Assembly (NCBI GenBank): GCA_963675215.1 | Contig: OY775914.1 | Coordinates: 1,243,779 to 1,307,778, forward strand | Length of the DNA stretch: 64,000 nt | From: Bacteroidales bacterium | GTDB lineage: Bacteria > Bacteroidota > Bacteroidia > Bacteroidales > GCA-2711565 | Direction of reading: 5' to 3' | Part shown: positions 8,597-19,600 of the stretch, in pieces | Layout of the letters: the number at the start of each line of letters is the position of its first letter | Numbering within the stretch: position 1 is the stretch's first letter | Translations under genes and position numbers: made by a program | Notes under the pieces: generated by a model | The model's input: only the letters and a program-made list of their open reading frames with translations | Databases searched by the model: none | What the model was told of the DNA's origin: nothing

Positions 8597-10468
8597 ATGA
8601 AGAATCTTTTCAAAATATTAAAATACGTTATACCCTATTGGGGAAATGCAGCACTAAATGCGCTATTCAATATTTTGTCGATATTGTTTTCATTGGCCTC
8701 GTTTGCCCTTTTTGTTCCGGTTTTGAATATCCTTTTTAAAGCTAGCGATGCTCCTGCTGAGGCGACAGCAGAATTAAATCCAATCAAAAATATAGAAATT
8801 GCTGAATTCAGCCTTAGTTCGATGTCTGCTTACATTGATTCCATTAAAGAATATTTTTATTATAAAGTGGATGTGTTGATTGCTATTGAAGGTGAGATGC
8901 AGGTACTGTTTTATATATGTGTTTCTATCGTAGTTCTTTATTTTCTTCGGAATTTGTTCCGCTATTTAGCGGCATTTTTTCTGGCCCCTATTCGTAGTAA
9001 TGTGGTTCGAGATTTAAGAAATGTAATGTATCGCAAAATTCTAATTCTTCCGCTTTCTTATTATAGTGAGCAGAAAAAAGGAGATATCATAGCCCGCATG
9101 ACTTCTGATGTTCAGGAGGTTGAGGTTTCGATTATGAGCTCACTCGAAATGATGTTTCGCGATCCCATCAACATTATTGTTTATTTAATTGCCTTATTGG
9201 TAATAAATACACCACTAACTTTATTCGTTCTTGTCTTATTTCCGGTGAGTGGTTTTATAATTGGCCGAATTGGTAAAAGTCTTAAAAGATCATCAGTAAA
9301 AGGACAAAGGCGATTGGGAATTTTATTATCAATAATTGAAGAAACCATTTCTGGCTTAAGAATAATAAAGGCATTCAATGCCATTAACTTAAGCGACAAA
9401 AGTTTTAAAGAATCAAATCAGTTTTATACCAAAACCATGATCCGTTTATACCGTAAACGAGATCTAGCGTCGCCTATAAGCGAGTTTCTTTCAACCATCG
9501 TGATGGTGGTGGTTTTATGGTTTGGCGGACGCTTGGTATTAAGTCCTGATACAGATTTGGATGCTGCTCTGTTTATGACTTATTTGATTATTTTCTCGCA
9601 ACTTATACCTCCTGCAAAATCAATGACAACAGCGATTTATAATATCCAAAAAGGTGGGGCATCAGTCGAAAGAATTCATGAGGTGCTGGATGCGGAAGAA
9701 CTGATTGTGGATTCAGAAAATGCCCAAAATTTAAAGGAATTTAATGTTGCCGTTGAATATAAAGAGGTTAACTTTTCTTACGGTAAAGCCAAGGTGCTGA
9801 AAAATATTTCATTAAAGATTGAAAAGGGTAAAACCATTGCATTGGTGGGGCCTTCAGGAGGAGGGAAGTCAACCTTTGTTGATTTGTTGCCACGATTTTA
9901 CGATTGTGCTTCGGGTCAAATTTTAGTTGATGGAATCCCGTTAAAAGATTTAAAAATTGACGATGTAAGAGGGTTAATGGGAATTGTTTCTCAGGAAACG
10001 ATTTTGTTTAACGATACGATTATGGGTAACATCACGATGGGGATGGAAAATGTGAGTGAAGAAGATGTAATAGCAGCTGCAAAAGTCGCCAATGCGCACG
10101 AATTCATTTCAAAAATGGAGAAGGGTTACCATACGAATATTGGTGACCGAGGCATTAAACTTTCCGGTGGGCAGCGCCAACGAATTAGTATTGCAAGAGC
10201 CGTATTGAAAAATCCACCCATTCTTATTTTAGATGAAGCAACCTCTGCACTTGATACAGAATCAGAGCGTTTGGTTCAAGATGCTTTGGTAAAATTGATG
10301 CAGAACCGAACTTCAATTGTTATTGCACATCGACTTTCAACCATTCAATTTGCCGACGAAATTGTGGTGATTAGCAAAGGTGAGATCGTTGAGCGGGGTA
10401 AACATGCCGAATTACTTGCTAAGAAAGGGGTTTATAAAAAATTACACGACCTTCAATCTTTCGCCTAA
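8597..10468 (+). CDS. MsbA-like ABC exporter (TMD + NBD)
   Basis: Walker A GPSGGGKS, LSGGQRQR and ILILDEATSALD; N-terminal TM helices. Confidence 0.9.
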   Translation: MKNLFKILKYVIPYWGNAALNALFNILSILFSLASFALFVPVLNILFKASDAPAEATAELNPIKNIEIAEFSLSSMSAYIDSIKEYFYYKVDVLIAIEGEMQVLFYICVSIVVLYFLRNLFRYLAAFFLAPIRSNVVRDLRNVMYRKILILPLSYYSEQKKGDIIARMTSDVQEVEVSIMSSLEMMFRDPINIIVYLIALLVINTPLTLFVLVLFPVSGFIIGRIGKSLKRSSVKGQRRLGILLSIIEETISGLRIIKAFNAINLSDKSFKESNQFYTKTMIRLYRKRDLASPISEFLSTIVMVVVLWFGGRLVLSPDTDLDAALFMTYLIIFSQLIPPAKSMTTAIYNIQKGGASVERIHEVLDAEELIVDSENAQNLKEFNVAVEYKEVNFSYGKAKVLKNISLKIEKGKTIALVGPSGGGKSTFVDLLPRFYDCASGQILVDGIPLKDLKIDDVRGLMGIVSQETILFNDTIMGNITMGMENVSEEDVIAAAKVANAHEFISKMEKGYHTNIGDRGIKLSGGQRQRISIARAVLKNPPILILDEATSALDTESERLVQDALVKLMQNRTSIVIAHRLSTIQFADEIVVISKGEIVERGKHAELLAKKGVYKKLHDLQSFA

Positions 10469-10564
10469 AATTCAAAAATCATTAAATTGTTTATAAGTGC
10501 CGAAAAGCAAATGTTTTAAGCATTGTTCAAAATATTTAATTTTGCTACATTAGATTCTTAATAA

Positions 10565-11758
10565 ATGAATTCCTTAAAAGAAAAAATAAAAAGTATTGCT
10601 TCTGACTATCTTGATGAATTAATCAAGATTAGAAGGCATTTGCATGCCAATCCTGAGCTTTCAATTCAAGAATATAAAACAGCTGAGTTCATTGCAATTA
10701 AACTTAGAGAATTAGGGCTTGAGGTGCAGACAGGTATTTTCAATACTGGCCTGGTAGCGCTCATTAAGGGAAAAAATCCTGATAAAAAAGTGATTGCATT
10801 GCGTGCTGATATTGATGCGTTGCCAATTCATGAAAAGAATGAAGTTGAGTATAAATCCTTAAATAAGGGGGTGATGCATGCCTGTGGACACGATGTGCAT
10901 ACTTCATCATTAATTGGAACTGCAAAGATATTAAATGAATTAAAGGGTGAATTTGAAGGAACCGTTAAATTGATTTTTCAACCTGCTGAAGAGAAAGCTC
11001 CAGGCGGAGCCAAGCCCATGATTGAGGCTGGAGTACTTGAAAATCCGAGACCTGAACTCATGTTTGGACAACATGTTTATCCTGAATTAGAAGCTGGTAA
11101 AATTGGAATGAGAGCCGGGAAATACATGGCTTCTACAGATGAGATTAACATCACTGTTAAAGGTAAAGGTGGTCATGGTGCGATACCTCACAACCTGATT
11201 GACCCGGTTGTCATTGCATCCCAAATTATTATTTCTTTACAACAAATTGTGAGTCGAAATGCACATTTTAATATTCCTACAGTATTATCATTTGGCCGGT
11301 TTATTGCTGATGGTGCTTACAATGTAATTCCTAATGATGTTGAGTTAAAAGGAACTTTTCGAACTTTCAATGAAGCATGGAGAGCCGAAGCACTTCAAAA
11401 AATTGAAAAGATGGCCAAGTCAATTGCAGAAGCTTCAGGAGCTGAATGCGAGGTTTATATTGAACATGGCTATCCGTTTTTAGTGAACGATGACGAATTG
11501 GTTCAAAGAAGTTTTACTAATGCCAAAGAATATTTGGGCGAAGATAACGTTGTTGAATTGGATTTAAGAATGACGGGAGAAGACTTTGCTTATTTTGCAC
11601 AAGTGTTGCCCGCTTGTTTTTATCGTTTAGGAGTAAGGAATGATGAAAAAGGAATTAATTCGGGTATACATACACCCACTTTCAATGTGGATGAATCCAG
11701 CCTTGAAATTGGAATGGGAATGATGGCCTGGCTTGCCCTAAGTGAGTTAAATTACTAA
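10565..11758 (+). CDS. M20 family amidohydrolase
   Basis: LRADIDALP, MHACGHD, FQPAEE, GEDFA and IHTP. Confidence 0.9.
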   Translation: MNSLKEKIKSIASDYLDELIKIRRHLHANPELSIQEYKTAEFIAIKLRELGLEVQTGIFNTGLVALIKGKNPDKKVIALRADIDALPIHEKNEVEYKSLNKGVMHACGHDVHTSSLIGTAKILNELKGEFEGTVKLIFQPAEEKAPGGAKPMIEAGVLENPRPELMFGQHVYPELEAGKIGMRAGKYMASTDEINITVKGKGGHGAIPHNLIDPVVIASQIIISLQQIVSRNAHFNIPTVLSFGRFIADGAYNVIPNDVELKGTFRTFNEAWRAEALQKIEKMAKSIAEASGAECEVYIEHGYPFLVNDDELVQRSFTNAKEYLGEDNVVELDLRMTGEDFAYFAQVLPACFYRLGVRNDEKGINSGIHTPTFNVDESSLEIGMGMMAWLALSELNY

Positions 11759-11792
11759 CTAAAAACAAACTAAAATTTAGGAAATAAAACTT

Positions 11793-12272
11793 ATGAAAAT
11801 GAAAAGAATTATCTTAACACTGTTAGTTTTAATGGCCTTAACCATTACTTTAAATGCTCAAAATTATTATACCGGAGTCGGCTTTAGAGGGGGTTTATCA
11901 AATGGATTAACCATTAAACATTTTGTAGGTTCTGATAAAGCTATTGAAGGAATTATTGCCGGACGTTGGGGCGGAGTTTTAATTACGGCGCTTATTGAAT
12001 TTGACAATGATTTTAGAGCTGAGGGATTAACATGGTATTACGGTGCAGGAGGACATATTGGTTTTTGGGATGCGCCAAAAAATGCAAGTTGGTGGGTTGA
12101 TGGCGATGTGAGTTCGCCAATTGTTGGTGTTGATGGAATCATTGGTATTGAATACACCTTTTCGGATTTTCCCATCAGTATTTCACTCGATTGGAAACCC
12201 GCTATAAATGTAATTGGCTATACTGGAGCTTGGGCAGACTCGGGCGCTTTATCAATCAGATATGTATTTTAA
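11793..12272 (+). CDS. Small outer-membrane beta-barrel protein, function unknown
   Basis: Signal peptide ending LNAQ; alternating beta-strand pattern; C-terminal Phe (SIRYVF). Confidence 0.7.
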   Translation: MKMKRIILTLLVLMALTITLNAQNYYTGVGFRGGLSNGLTIKHFVGSDKAIEGIIAGRWGGVLITALIEFDNDFRAEGLTWYYGAGGHIGFWDAPKNASWWVDGDVSSPIVGVDGIIGIEYTFSDFPISISLDWKPAINVIGYTGAWADSGALSIRYVF

Positions 12273-12281
12273 AAATAAAGA

Positions 12282-13331
12282 ATGAAAGTTAAGGGCGAAG
12301 AATATCGCACCATATGGATGGAAGGAACTACGGTTTACATGATTGAGCAAAACCTCCTTCCATTCGAATTTAAAATTCATGAAGCAACAACTTATTTCGA
12401 AACTTGCTTTGCGATAACAACCATGATTGTTAGGGGTGCAGGGGCTTTGGGTGCAGCTGCAGGATTTGCTATGGCACAGGCATTTATGCATGCCCCGGTT
12501 GAAGGGTATTGGGATTTTGTGATGCAGGCCAAAGAAGAAATTGAAGCCACCCGACCGACAGCCAATAATTTATTTTATGCCGTAAATAAAGTTTATAAAG
12601 CCGGTAAAAATTCTGCCGAAGATGCCGTGAAAGAAGCCCAACTGATAGCTGATGAGGATGCTAGGGATTCTAGATTGATAGGGCAATTTGGTGCCGAATT
12701 ATTTGGTGATGAAGTACGAATACTGACGCATTGCAATGCTGGTTGGCTCGCTTTTGTAAACTACGGTACAGCACTTTCACCTATTTATATGGCGAATAAA
12801 GAAGGGAAGAAAGTTTTTGTTTATGTGGATGAAACCCGACCACGAAATCAAGGAGCAAAGCTTACAGCCTGGGAGTTAATAAACGAAAAAATAGAACATG
12901 TCATTATACCGGATAATGCGGCTGCCTATTACATGAAACGTAAAATGATTGACTTTGTAATTGTTGGAGCCGATCGAATTGCACGAAATGGCGATGTGGC
13001 CAATAAAATTGGAACCCTCGAAAAGGCTATCGTTGCCAAAGAATATGGGATTCCATTTTATGTGGCAGCTCCTACTTCAACTTTCGATCTTAGTTGTTTG
13101 CATGGGATGGAAATTGAACTTGAAACACGTCATGAGGATGAGGTACTTTACCAAACGGGTATGGATGCCAATGGAAACATGAGTAAAATAAGGGTAGCAT
13201 CTCCAGGATCACATGCCGAAAATCCGGCTTTCGATGTAACCCCGGCAAAATTTATTACCGGATTTATCACCGAAAAAGGGATCATTAAACCTTATGTGCA
13301 ATCCATCAAAAAGATTTGTAAGCCTGAATAA
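12282..13331 (+). CDS. mtnA: S-methyl-5-thioribose-1-phosphate isomerase (eIF-2B alpha-like)
   Basis: VRGAGALG, LTHCNAG, DETRPRNQG, GADRIARNGDVANKIGT and NPAFDVTP. Confidence 0.9.
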   Translation: MKVKGEEYRTIWMEGTTVYMIEQNLLPFEFKIHEATTYFETCFAITTMIVRGAGALGAAAGFAMAQAFMHAPVEGYWDFVMQAKEEIEATRPTANNLFYAVNKVYKAGKNSAEDAVKEAQLIADEDARDSRLIGQFGAELFGDEVRILTHCNAGWLAFVNYGTALSPIYMANKEGKKVFVYVDETRPRNQGAKLTAWELINEKIEHVIIPDNAAAYYMKRKMIDFVIVGADRIARNGDVANKIGTLEKAIVAKEYGIPFYVAAPTSTFDLSCLHGMEIELETRHEDEVLYQTGMDANGNMSKIRVASPGSHAENPAFDVTPAKFITGFITEKGIIKPYVQSIKKICKPE

Positions 13332-13375
13332 ATCTTGATTTTTCATCTAAGTATAGAATGCTTCTAAATAATTAG

Positions 13376-13383
13376 TAATTTTG
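13376..13383 (+). promoter_or_regulatory. Bacteroidota -7 promoter box (TAATTTTG)
   Basis: TAnnTTTG match just before the YgiQ gene start. Confidence 0.5.
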
Positions 13384-13387
13384 GGAG

Positions 13388-15238
13388 ATGATGCAACAAC
13401 TCGATTCAAAATTTAGCATTAACGATTGGCTCCCAACAACCCTCGAAGAAGTAAAGAAGAGAGGCTGGGAACAGTTGGATGTGATTCTGTTCTCGGGCGA
13501 TGCCTATGTGGATCATCCGTCTTTCGGGCATGCGGTGATTGCACGCATCATCGAGCAGGCAGGATTTAAGATTGCTATTGTTCCTCAACCTAATTGGCAA
13601 GACGATTTGCGGGATTTTAAAAAATTAGGCACACCCAGATTGTTTTTTGGTGTTACTGCCGGATGCATGGATTCGATGGTAAATCACTACACTGCCAATA
13701 AACGTATTCGTTCAAATGATGCATACACTGCAGGCGGTAAAGCAGGGTTTCGACCTGATTATACCACCATTGTTTATTCAAATATTTTAAAGAATTTATA
13801 TCCAGAAGTACCGGTTGTAATAGGAGGAGTTGAAGCATCCTTACGCCGAGTTACGCATTACGATTATTGGTCAGATCAACTAAAACCATCTATACTCGAG
13901 GAAAGCAAAGCTGATTTGCTGGTATATGGTATGGGTGAGCAGGCCTTAAAAGAAATTCTGGAAAAACTGAATGAAGGATATTCAATTCATGATTTAAAGG
14001 ATATTCAACAAACTGCTTATCTTTTAAACAAGAATGAAGAGTTACCAGTTTCTGAAGCAGCCACGGTTGAAATCAATTCGCATGAAGAATGCCTCCGTCA
14101 AAAGAAATCTTTTGCTGCTAATTTTAAAATTATCGAGCAGGAATCGAATAAGGTTCAAGCCAGAAGAATCGTTCAAAAAATTGGTAAGCGAACTTTAGTT
14201 GTGAATACCCCATATCCTGTAATGACTGAAGATGAAATTGATGCATCTTTTGATTTACCATATACCAGATTGCCTCACCCAAAGTATAAAAAGCGTGGTG
14301 CCATTCCGGCTTACGAAATGATCCGACATTCGATCAATATGCATCGGGGCTGCTTCGGAGGTTGCAGTTTTTGTACCATCTCAGCACATCAAGGAAAATT
14401 TGTAGCCAGTCGATCCGAAAAATCGATTTTAAAAGAAGTTGAGGCCGTTACCCAAATGCCTGACTTTAAAGGATACATTAGCGATATGGGGGGGCCTTCG
14501 GCTAATATGTACAAAATGAAAGGTGTTCATCAGGGGATTTGCGACAGTTGTGTTCGTTCGAGCTGCATCTTCCCAAAAGTCTGTTCAAATCTGGATACCA
14601 ATCATCATCCCATGAGCGAAATTTATCGCAAAGCTGCCGAGCATCCAAAAGTTAAAAAAGCATTTGTTGGAAGCGGAATTCGTTACGATATGTTGGTTGA
14701 CCGACCTGCTGAAGAAACAAAGAAGAATGGCTATAATGAGTATATTGATCAGGTTGTAAAAAATCATGTTTCGGGTCGATTAAAAGTAGCACCCGAGCAT
14801 ACCTCCGAGCCTGTTTTGAAACAAATGAGAAAACCATCCTTTGCACATTTTCATACTTTCAAAAAGAAGTTTGATCAAGCCAATCAAAAGGCCGGATTAA
14901 AGCAACAATTAATCCCTTATTTTATTTCCAGTCATCCGGCCAGTACAGCAGTTGAAATGGCCGAATTGGCTGTTGATACAAAGGAGTTGGGTTTTCGATT
15001 AGAACAAGTTCAGGATTTTACCCCAACTCCTATGACTTTAGCAACAGTCATTTATTATTCCGGCATAGATCCCTACACCATGAAACCGGTTTATACCGCC
15101 AGAACTAAAAGTGAGAAGTTAAACCAGCAAAGATTTTTCTTCTGGTATAAACGTGAAAATTGGCAATGGATCAGAAATACACTGGATAAAATGAATCGTC
15201 CGGATTTAAGTTCCAAACTTTTATCGAATAAAAAATAA
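13388..15238 (+). CDS. YgiQ family radical SAM protein
   Basis: GDAYVDHPSFG, RGCFGGCSFC (CxxxCxxC), LKVAPEH and QVQDFTPTP. Confidence 0.92.
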   Translation: MMQQLDSKFSINDWLPTTLEEVKKRGWEQLDVILFSGDAYVDHPSFGHAVIARIIEQAGFKIAIVPQPNWQDDLRDFKKLGTPRLFFGVTAGCMDSMVNHYTANKRIRSNDAYTAGGKAGFRPDYTTIVYSNILKNLYPEVPVVIGGVEASLRRVTHYDYWSDQLKPSILEESKADLLVYGMGEQALKEILEKLNEGYSIHDLKDIQQTAYLLNKNEELPVSEAATVEINSHEECLRQKKSFAANFKIIEQESNKVQARRIVQKIGKRTLVVNTPYPVMTEDEIDASFDLPYTRLPHPKYKKRGAIPAYEMIRHSINMHRGCFGGCSFCTISAHQGKFVASRSEKSILKEVEAVTQMPDFKGYISDMGGPSANMYKMKGVHQGICDSCVRSSCIFPKVCSNLDTNHHPMSEIYRKAAEHPKVKKAFVGSGIRYDMLVDRPAEETKKNGYNEYIDQVVKNHVSGRLKVAPEHTSEPVLKQMRKPSFAHFHTFKKKFDQANQKAGLKQQLIPYFISSHPASTAVEMAELAVDTKELGFRLEQVQDFTPTPMTLATVIYYSGIDPYTMKPVYTARTKSEKLNQQRFFFWYKRENWQWIRNTLDKMNRPDLSSKLLSNKK

Positions 15239-15243
15239 ATTCT

Positions 15244-15309
15244 TTCCTTTGTGGTGCATTGAGCGAAGTCGAAAAGTACCACATGGGAATACAGGTTTCG
15301 ACCACACTC
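15244..15309. repeat. Degenerate REP-like palindromic element
   Basis: Stem TTCCTTTGTGGT/ACCACATGGGAA encloses GAGCGAAGTCGAAA (15261-15274), which has an imperfect complement TTTCGACCACACTC at 15296-15309. Confidence 0.55.
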
Positions 15310-15396
15310 GTTTGACGAATACTTCACGTTTGGTCTTTAATTTTTAAATACAGGTCGATTAGAATTCAAGATTGATAATCTTGTAGCATTTTTTAA

Positions 15397-15404
15397 TAAC
15401 TTTG
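15397..15404 (+). promoter_or_regulatory. Bacteroidota -7 promoter box (TAACTTTG)
   Basis: TAnnTTTG match 19 bp before ATG 15424. Confidence 0.55.
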
Positions 15405-15423
15405 AGTTCATCAAATAACGACA

Positions 15424-16671
15424 ATGAAGATAGCGATTATTGGATTTGGGGCTGCTGCCATCGGGTTTATCGAAAAACTCAAAACGCAGAATGTCGAAAT
15501 TCATGTGTTTGAAAAAAGCAAAGATATTTATTCATCCAGCATTTCAGGGATTAGAGCAGACGGGAAATTGTTCGTTTCAACTGAGATGGGAGGAGAGTTG
15601 GAAGTGGATCCCAAACTTCAAAAAGAGTTGGTCGATTTCTGGATCAGTAAAACCAATAATAATGGGGTGGAAACCGGTAAATCTTTTTCCGACCCCCAAT
15701 ATTACAGGGCATTTTATAGCAAGGGGTTTTTGCCTATTCATTCTGATTTTTACCACCTGGGTACGGATCAACTCAAAGAAGTTTTATACAATATTTTTGA
15801 AGAGTATAAAGCGGCTAAAAACATCCATTTTCATTTTAATTATGAAGTTACATCACTCGATATTCAAGATCATACCGTTATCATCAATCAGGAATTTGAG
15901 TTTGAAAAGATGGTGGTTGCGGTTGGCCGATCCGGGCATAAGTTAATCAAACAAATTCTTTCGACTAATCCCGAACTGATTGTTGATAATACCAAAGTTG
16001 ATTTGGGAATTAGGTTCGAGGTGCCTAACCATATTGTTGAAGATCTGAACAGAGAAATGTATGAGTTTAAAGTGAAATTTAAAAGTCGTACTGGTTATAT
16101 GGTTCGTACTTTTTGCAATAACCCTTCAGGTTACGTGGTGACTGAGAAATATGAAGACTTCAAAACGGTTAATGGGCATTCAAAACTGAAAGAAAAAAGC
16201 AAGAATACTAATTTTGCGATTCTCACGACTGTTCAATTAACAGAGCCTTTTAACGACCCCATTGGTTATGGTTCACACATCGCCAGGTTAACAAATATTC
16301 TGGCGGGAGAGAAAGTGATACTTCAAACCTATAGTCATTTTAAAAACTCTAAACGAACTAAGAATTTATATCGTGTACAACCAACATTACCTGCCGATAA
16401 ATACATATTGGGAGATATTAATTTAGCTTTTCCGCGTCGGATTATTGAAGCCATTATCGACTTTATCGAAAACCTAAATGAAGTTGTTCCTGGGATGTCA
16501 AATCCCGATAATTTGGTTTACGCGCCCGAAATCAAATTTTATTCTAACACTTTAAACAATGAACAATTTAAGCATTTAAAATTTATCGGAGACTGCTCCG
16601 GATATACCCGTTCCATTATTTATGCAACGGCACATGGTCATTTAATGGCCGATCAAATTCTAAATCAATAA
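15424..16671 (+). CDS. Uncharacterised FAD-dependent oxidoreductase (COG2509-like)
   Basis: N-terminal Rossmann IAIIGFGAAAIG, DGKL, AVGRSG, DLGIRFE, VRTFCNNP, YAPEIKFYS and IGDCSG. Confidence 0.75.
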   Translation: MKIAIIGFGAAAIGFIEKLKTQNVEIHVFEKSKDIYSSSISGIRADGKLFVSTEMGGELEVDPKLQKELVDFWISKTNNNGVETGKSFSDPQYYRAFYSKGFLPIHSDFYHLGTDQLKEVLYNIFEEYKAAKNIHFHFNYEVTSLDIQDHTVIINQEFEFEKMVVAVGRSGHKLIKQILSTNPELIVDNTKVDLGIRFEVPNHIVEDLNREMYEFKVKFKSRTGYMVRTFCNNPSGYVVTEKYEDFKTVNGHSKLKEKSKNTNFAILTTVQLTEPFNDPIGYGSHIARLTNILAGEKVILQTYSHFKNSKRTKNLYRVQPTLPADKYILGDINLAFPRRIIEAIIDFIENLNEVVPGMSNPDNLVYAPEIKFYSNTLNNEQFKHLKFIGDCSGYTRSIIYATAHGHLMADQILNQ

Positions 16672-16692
16672 ATAAAAATAATTTAAAACAAA

Positions 16693-19600
16693 ATGAGAAA
16701 AAAAAACTTTAGTAATGTAAAGGCATTTCCCCTCCTAATTATCTTAATGGGGTTGCTAATTTCGATGCCATCAACGGCGCAGCGAAAAAAAGGGAAAACG
16801 GATGAAAATAAAGCCGAAAGTGGAATAAAATCAAGTATGGTTTCAGGCTTAAAATTCAGAAGTATTGGTCCGGCATTTATGTCAGGTAGGATTGCTGATT
16901 TTGCTGTTAATCCTGCAAATCATAGTGAATATTATGTGGCTGTAGCCAGTGGTCATGTTTGGAAAACAGAAAATAATGGAACAACTTTCTCCCCGGTTTT
17001 CGATGGACAAAAATCTTATTCAATCGGAGTCGTTACCATGGATCCAAATAATTCAAATGTAGTTTGGGTTGGTACAGGTGAGAATAATCACCAACGAGTC
17101 CTTGGTTACGGAGATGGCGTTTATAAAACTTTAGATGGCGGTAAAAGCTGGAAAAACATGGGCTTAAAAGAGTCCAGACAAATTGGAGGAATTGTGGTTG
17201 ATCCAAATAATTCCAACATTGTTTTTGTGGCTGCCGAAGGTTCTGTTTGGGGCCCTGGTGGCGATCGAGGTTTATACAAAACTACCGATGGTGGTGAAAC
17301 CTGGAAAAAAGTATTGGAAATTTCGGAACATACGGGTGTGAATAATATCATCATGGACCCTCGTGATTCTAAAATATTATATGCTACTTCTGAGCAACGT
17401 CGACGTCATGTACATACCAAAATTGGTGGCGGACCGGAATCAGCTATTTATAAATCTACAGATGGTGGCGAAAGCTGGCGAAAACTAAAATCTGGTTTAC
17501 CTGGTGGAGATATTGGGGGAATGGGTATAGCCATTTCTCCGGTCAATCCTGATGTAATTTATGCCATCATTGAAGCGGCAGGAAATTCAGGCGGATTTTT
17601 CCGTTCAACAAACAGAGGCGAATCCTGGTCGAAAATGAGCAGTTATGCTTCAAGTGGTCAGTATTACAACGAAATTGTATGTGATCCTGTGGATGTTGAT
17701 AAAGTTTATTCAACCGAAACCAGAACCAAAGTTACTGTTGATGCAGGAAAAACATGGACAAGCCTTTCCAATAATGGCCGGCACGTTGATGACCATGCCA
17801 TGTGGATTGATCCTCAAGATACCAAACATTTTATGATTGGCGGTGATGGGGGAGTTTATGAGACTTACGATGATGGTTCTACCTGGATATTTAAATCAAA
17901 CCTGCCAATTACTCAGTTTTACAGAGTAGCAACAGATAATACTTTCCCTTTTTATTGGGTTTATGGAGGTACACAGGATAACAACAGTTTAGGTGGCCCA
18001 ACTCAAAATACCAGCCGCGAAGGAGTCACACAGGATGAATGGATTATTACACAAGGTGGTGACGGCTTTTGGCAAGCAATTGAACCAAGTAATCCTGATA
18101 TCGTGTATTCGGCATGGCAATATGGAAATGTTGTTCGTTACGATAAAAAGAGTGGAGAGTCTATTAGTATAAAACCTTCTCCAAAAGCTGGTGAAGAAAC
18201 CTATAAATGGAATTGGGATGCGCCATATTTTATCAGCCCACATTCTGAAACCCGCTTGTACATGGCTGCTAATAAAGTATTCAGAAGTGATGATCGCGGA
18301 AATACCTGGGAAGTGATTAGCGATGACATTACCTCAAAAACAGACCGAAATACCTGGCCAGTTATGGATCATTATTGGAGCATTGATGCGGTTGTTAAAG
18401 ATGTTTCAACTTCCTTATTTGGCATGGGTGTATCGCTTGCCGAATCAAAAGTTCAGGAGAATTTAATTTATGTTGGTACCGATGACGGCGTTATTTCCGT
18501 ATCTGAACAGGATGGAAAGGATTGGTTTCAAATCAAGAAATTTCCCGGGGTTCCGGAATATACTTACGTGAGTGATATCATGCCTTCTAAATTTGATGCA
18601 AATGTCGTTTTTGCAACATTTAATAACATCAAGAGAGACGATTTCAAACCTTATGTATTAAAAAGTTCGGATAAAGGTAGAACCTGGGTTTCTATTGCCG
18701 GTAACTTACCTGAAGATGAGACAGTACATAGCATCGAGCAGGACTTTGTAAATCCCAATTTGATTTTTGTGGGTACAGAATTTAGTTTTTATTTCTCAGT
18801 GAATGGTGGCGAAAACTGGACCAAATTGGCTTCAGGACTTCCTTCAATACCTGTTAAAGATATCGCTATTCAGGAAAGAGAAAATGATCTTGTACTTGCA
18901 ACATTTGGCAGAGGTTTTTATGTATTGGATAATTTCACTCCTTTAAGAGAGTTAAGCATGGAGTTACTTGATCAAAAAGCACATATTTTCCCGGTTAAGG
19001 ATGCATTGATGTATGTTGAAACAAGTAATAAAAATGCGGATCAGGGATCAACGGTTTATGTTGCTTCAAATCCAACTTACGGTGCTACTTTTACTTATTA
19101 CCTTAAGGATGTTCCGGAAACCTTGAAACAAGTTAGAACAAAAGCTGAGAAAAATCTCTTTAAAGACAAAAAACCTATTCCTCAGCCAAGCATGGATGAG
19201 TTAAGGGCTGAAGAAAATGAAATTGCACCTTATCTGGTTTTCACTATTAAAGATAAAGATGGCAATATAATTCGCACCATAAATCAACGCCCCAAAAAAG
19301 GAGTTAACAGAGTGAATTGGGATTTAAGATATGCTTCTAGTGGAGCAATTCGATTACAAGGAAATAAATTTTCTCCCGTAGCTTCTGAAGGTGGTAGATC
19401 AAGATGGCGAGGTGGAGGAGGAACTCCGGTGATGCCAGGGAATTATTCTGTATCTCTTGAGATGGTAGCTAAAGGTAAAACTACTTCTTTGGTAAGTGAT
19501 GTGAAATTTACAGCCAAAAAACTGAATAATACAACATTGCCAGGTGATCCTGCAGAATTGTTAGCCTTCCAGGAAGAAGTGACTAAATTGTCGCAACTCT

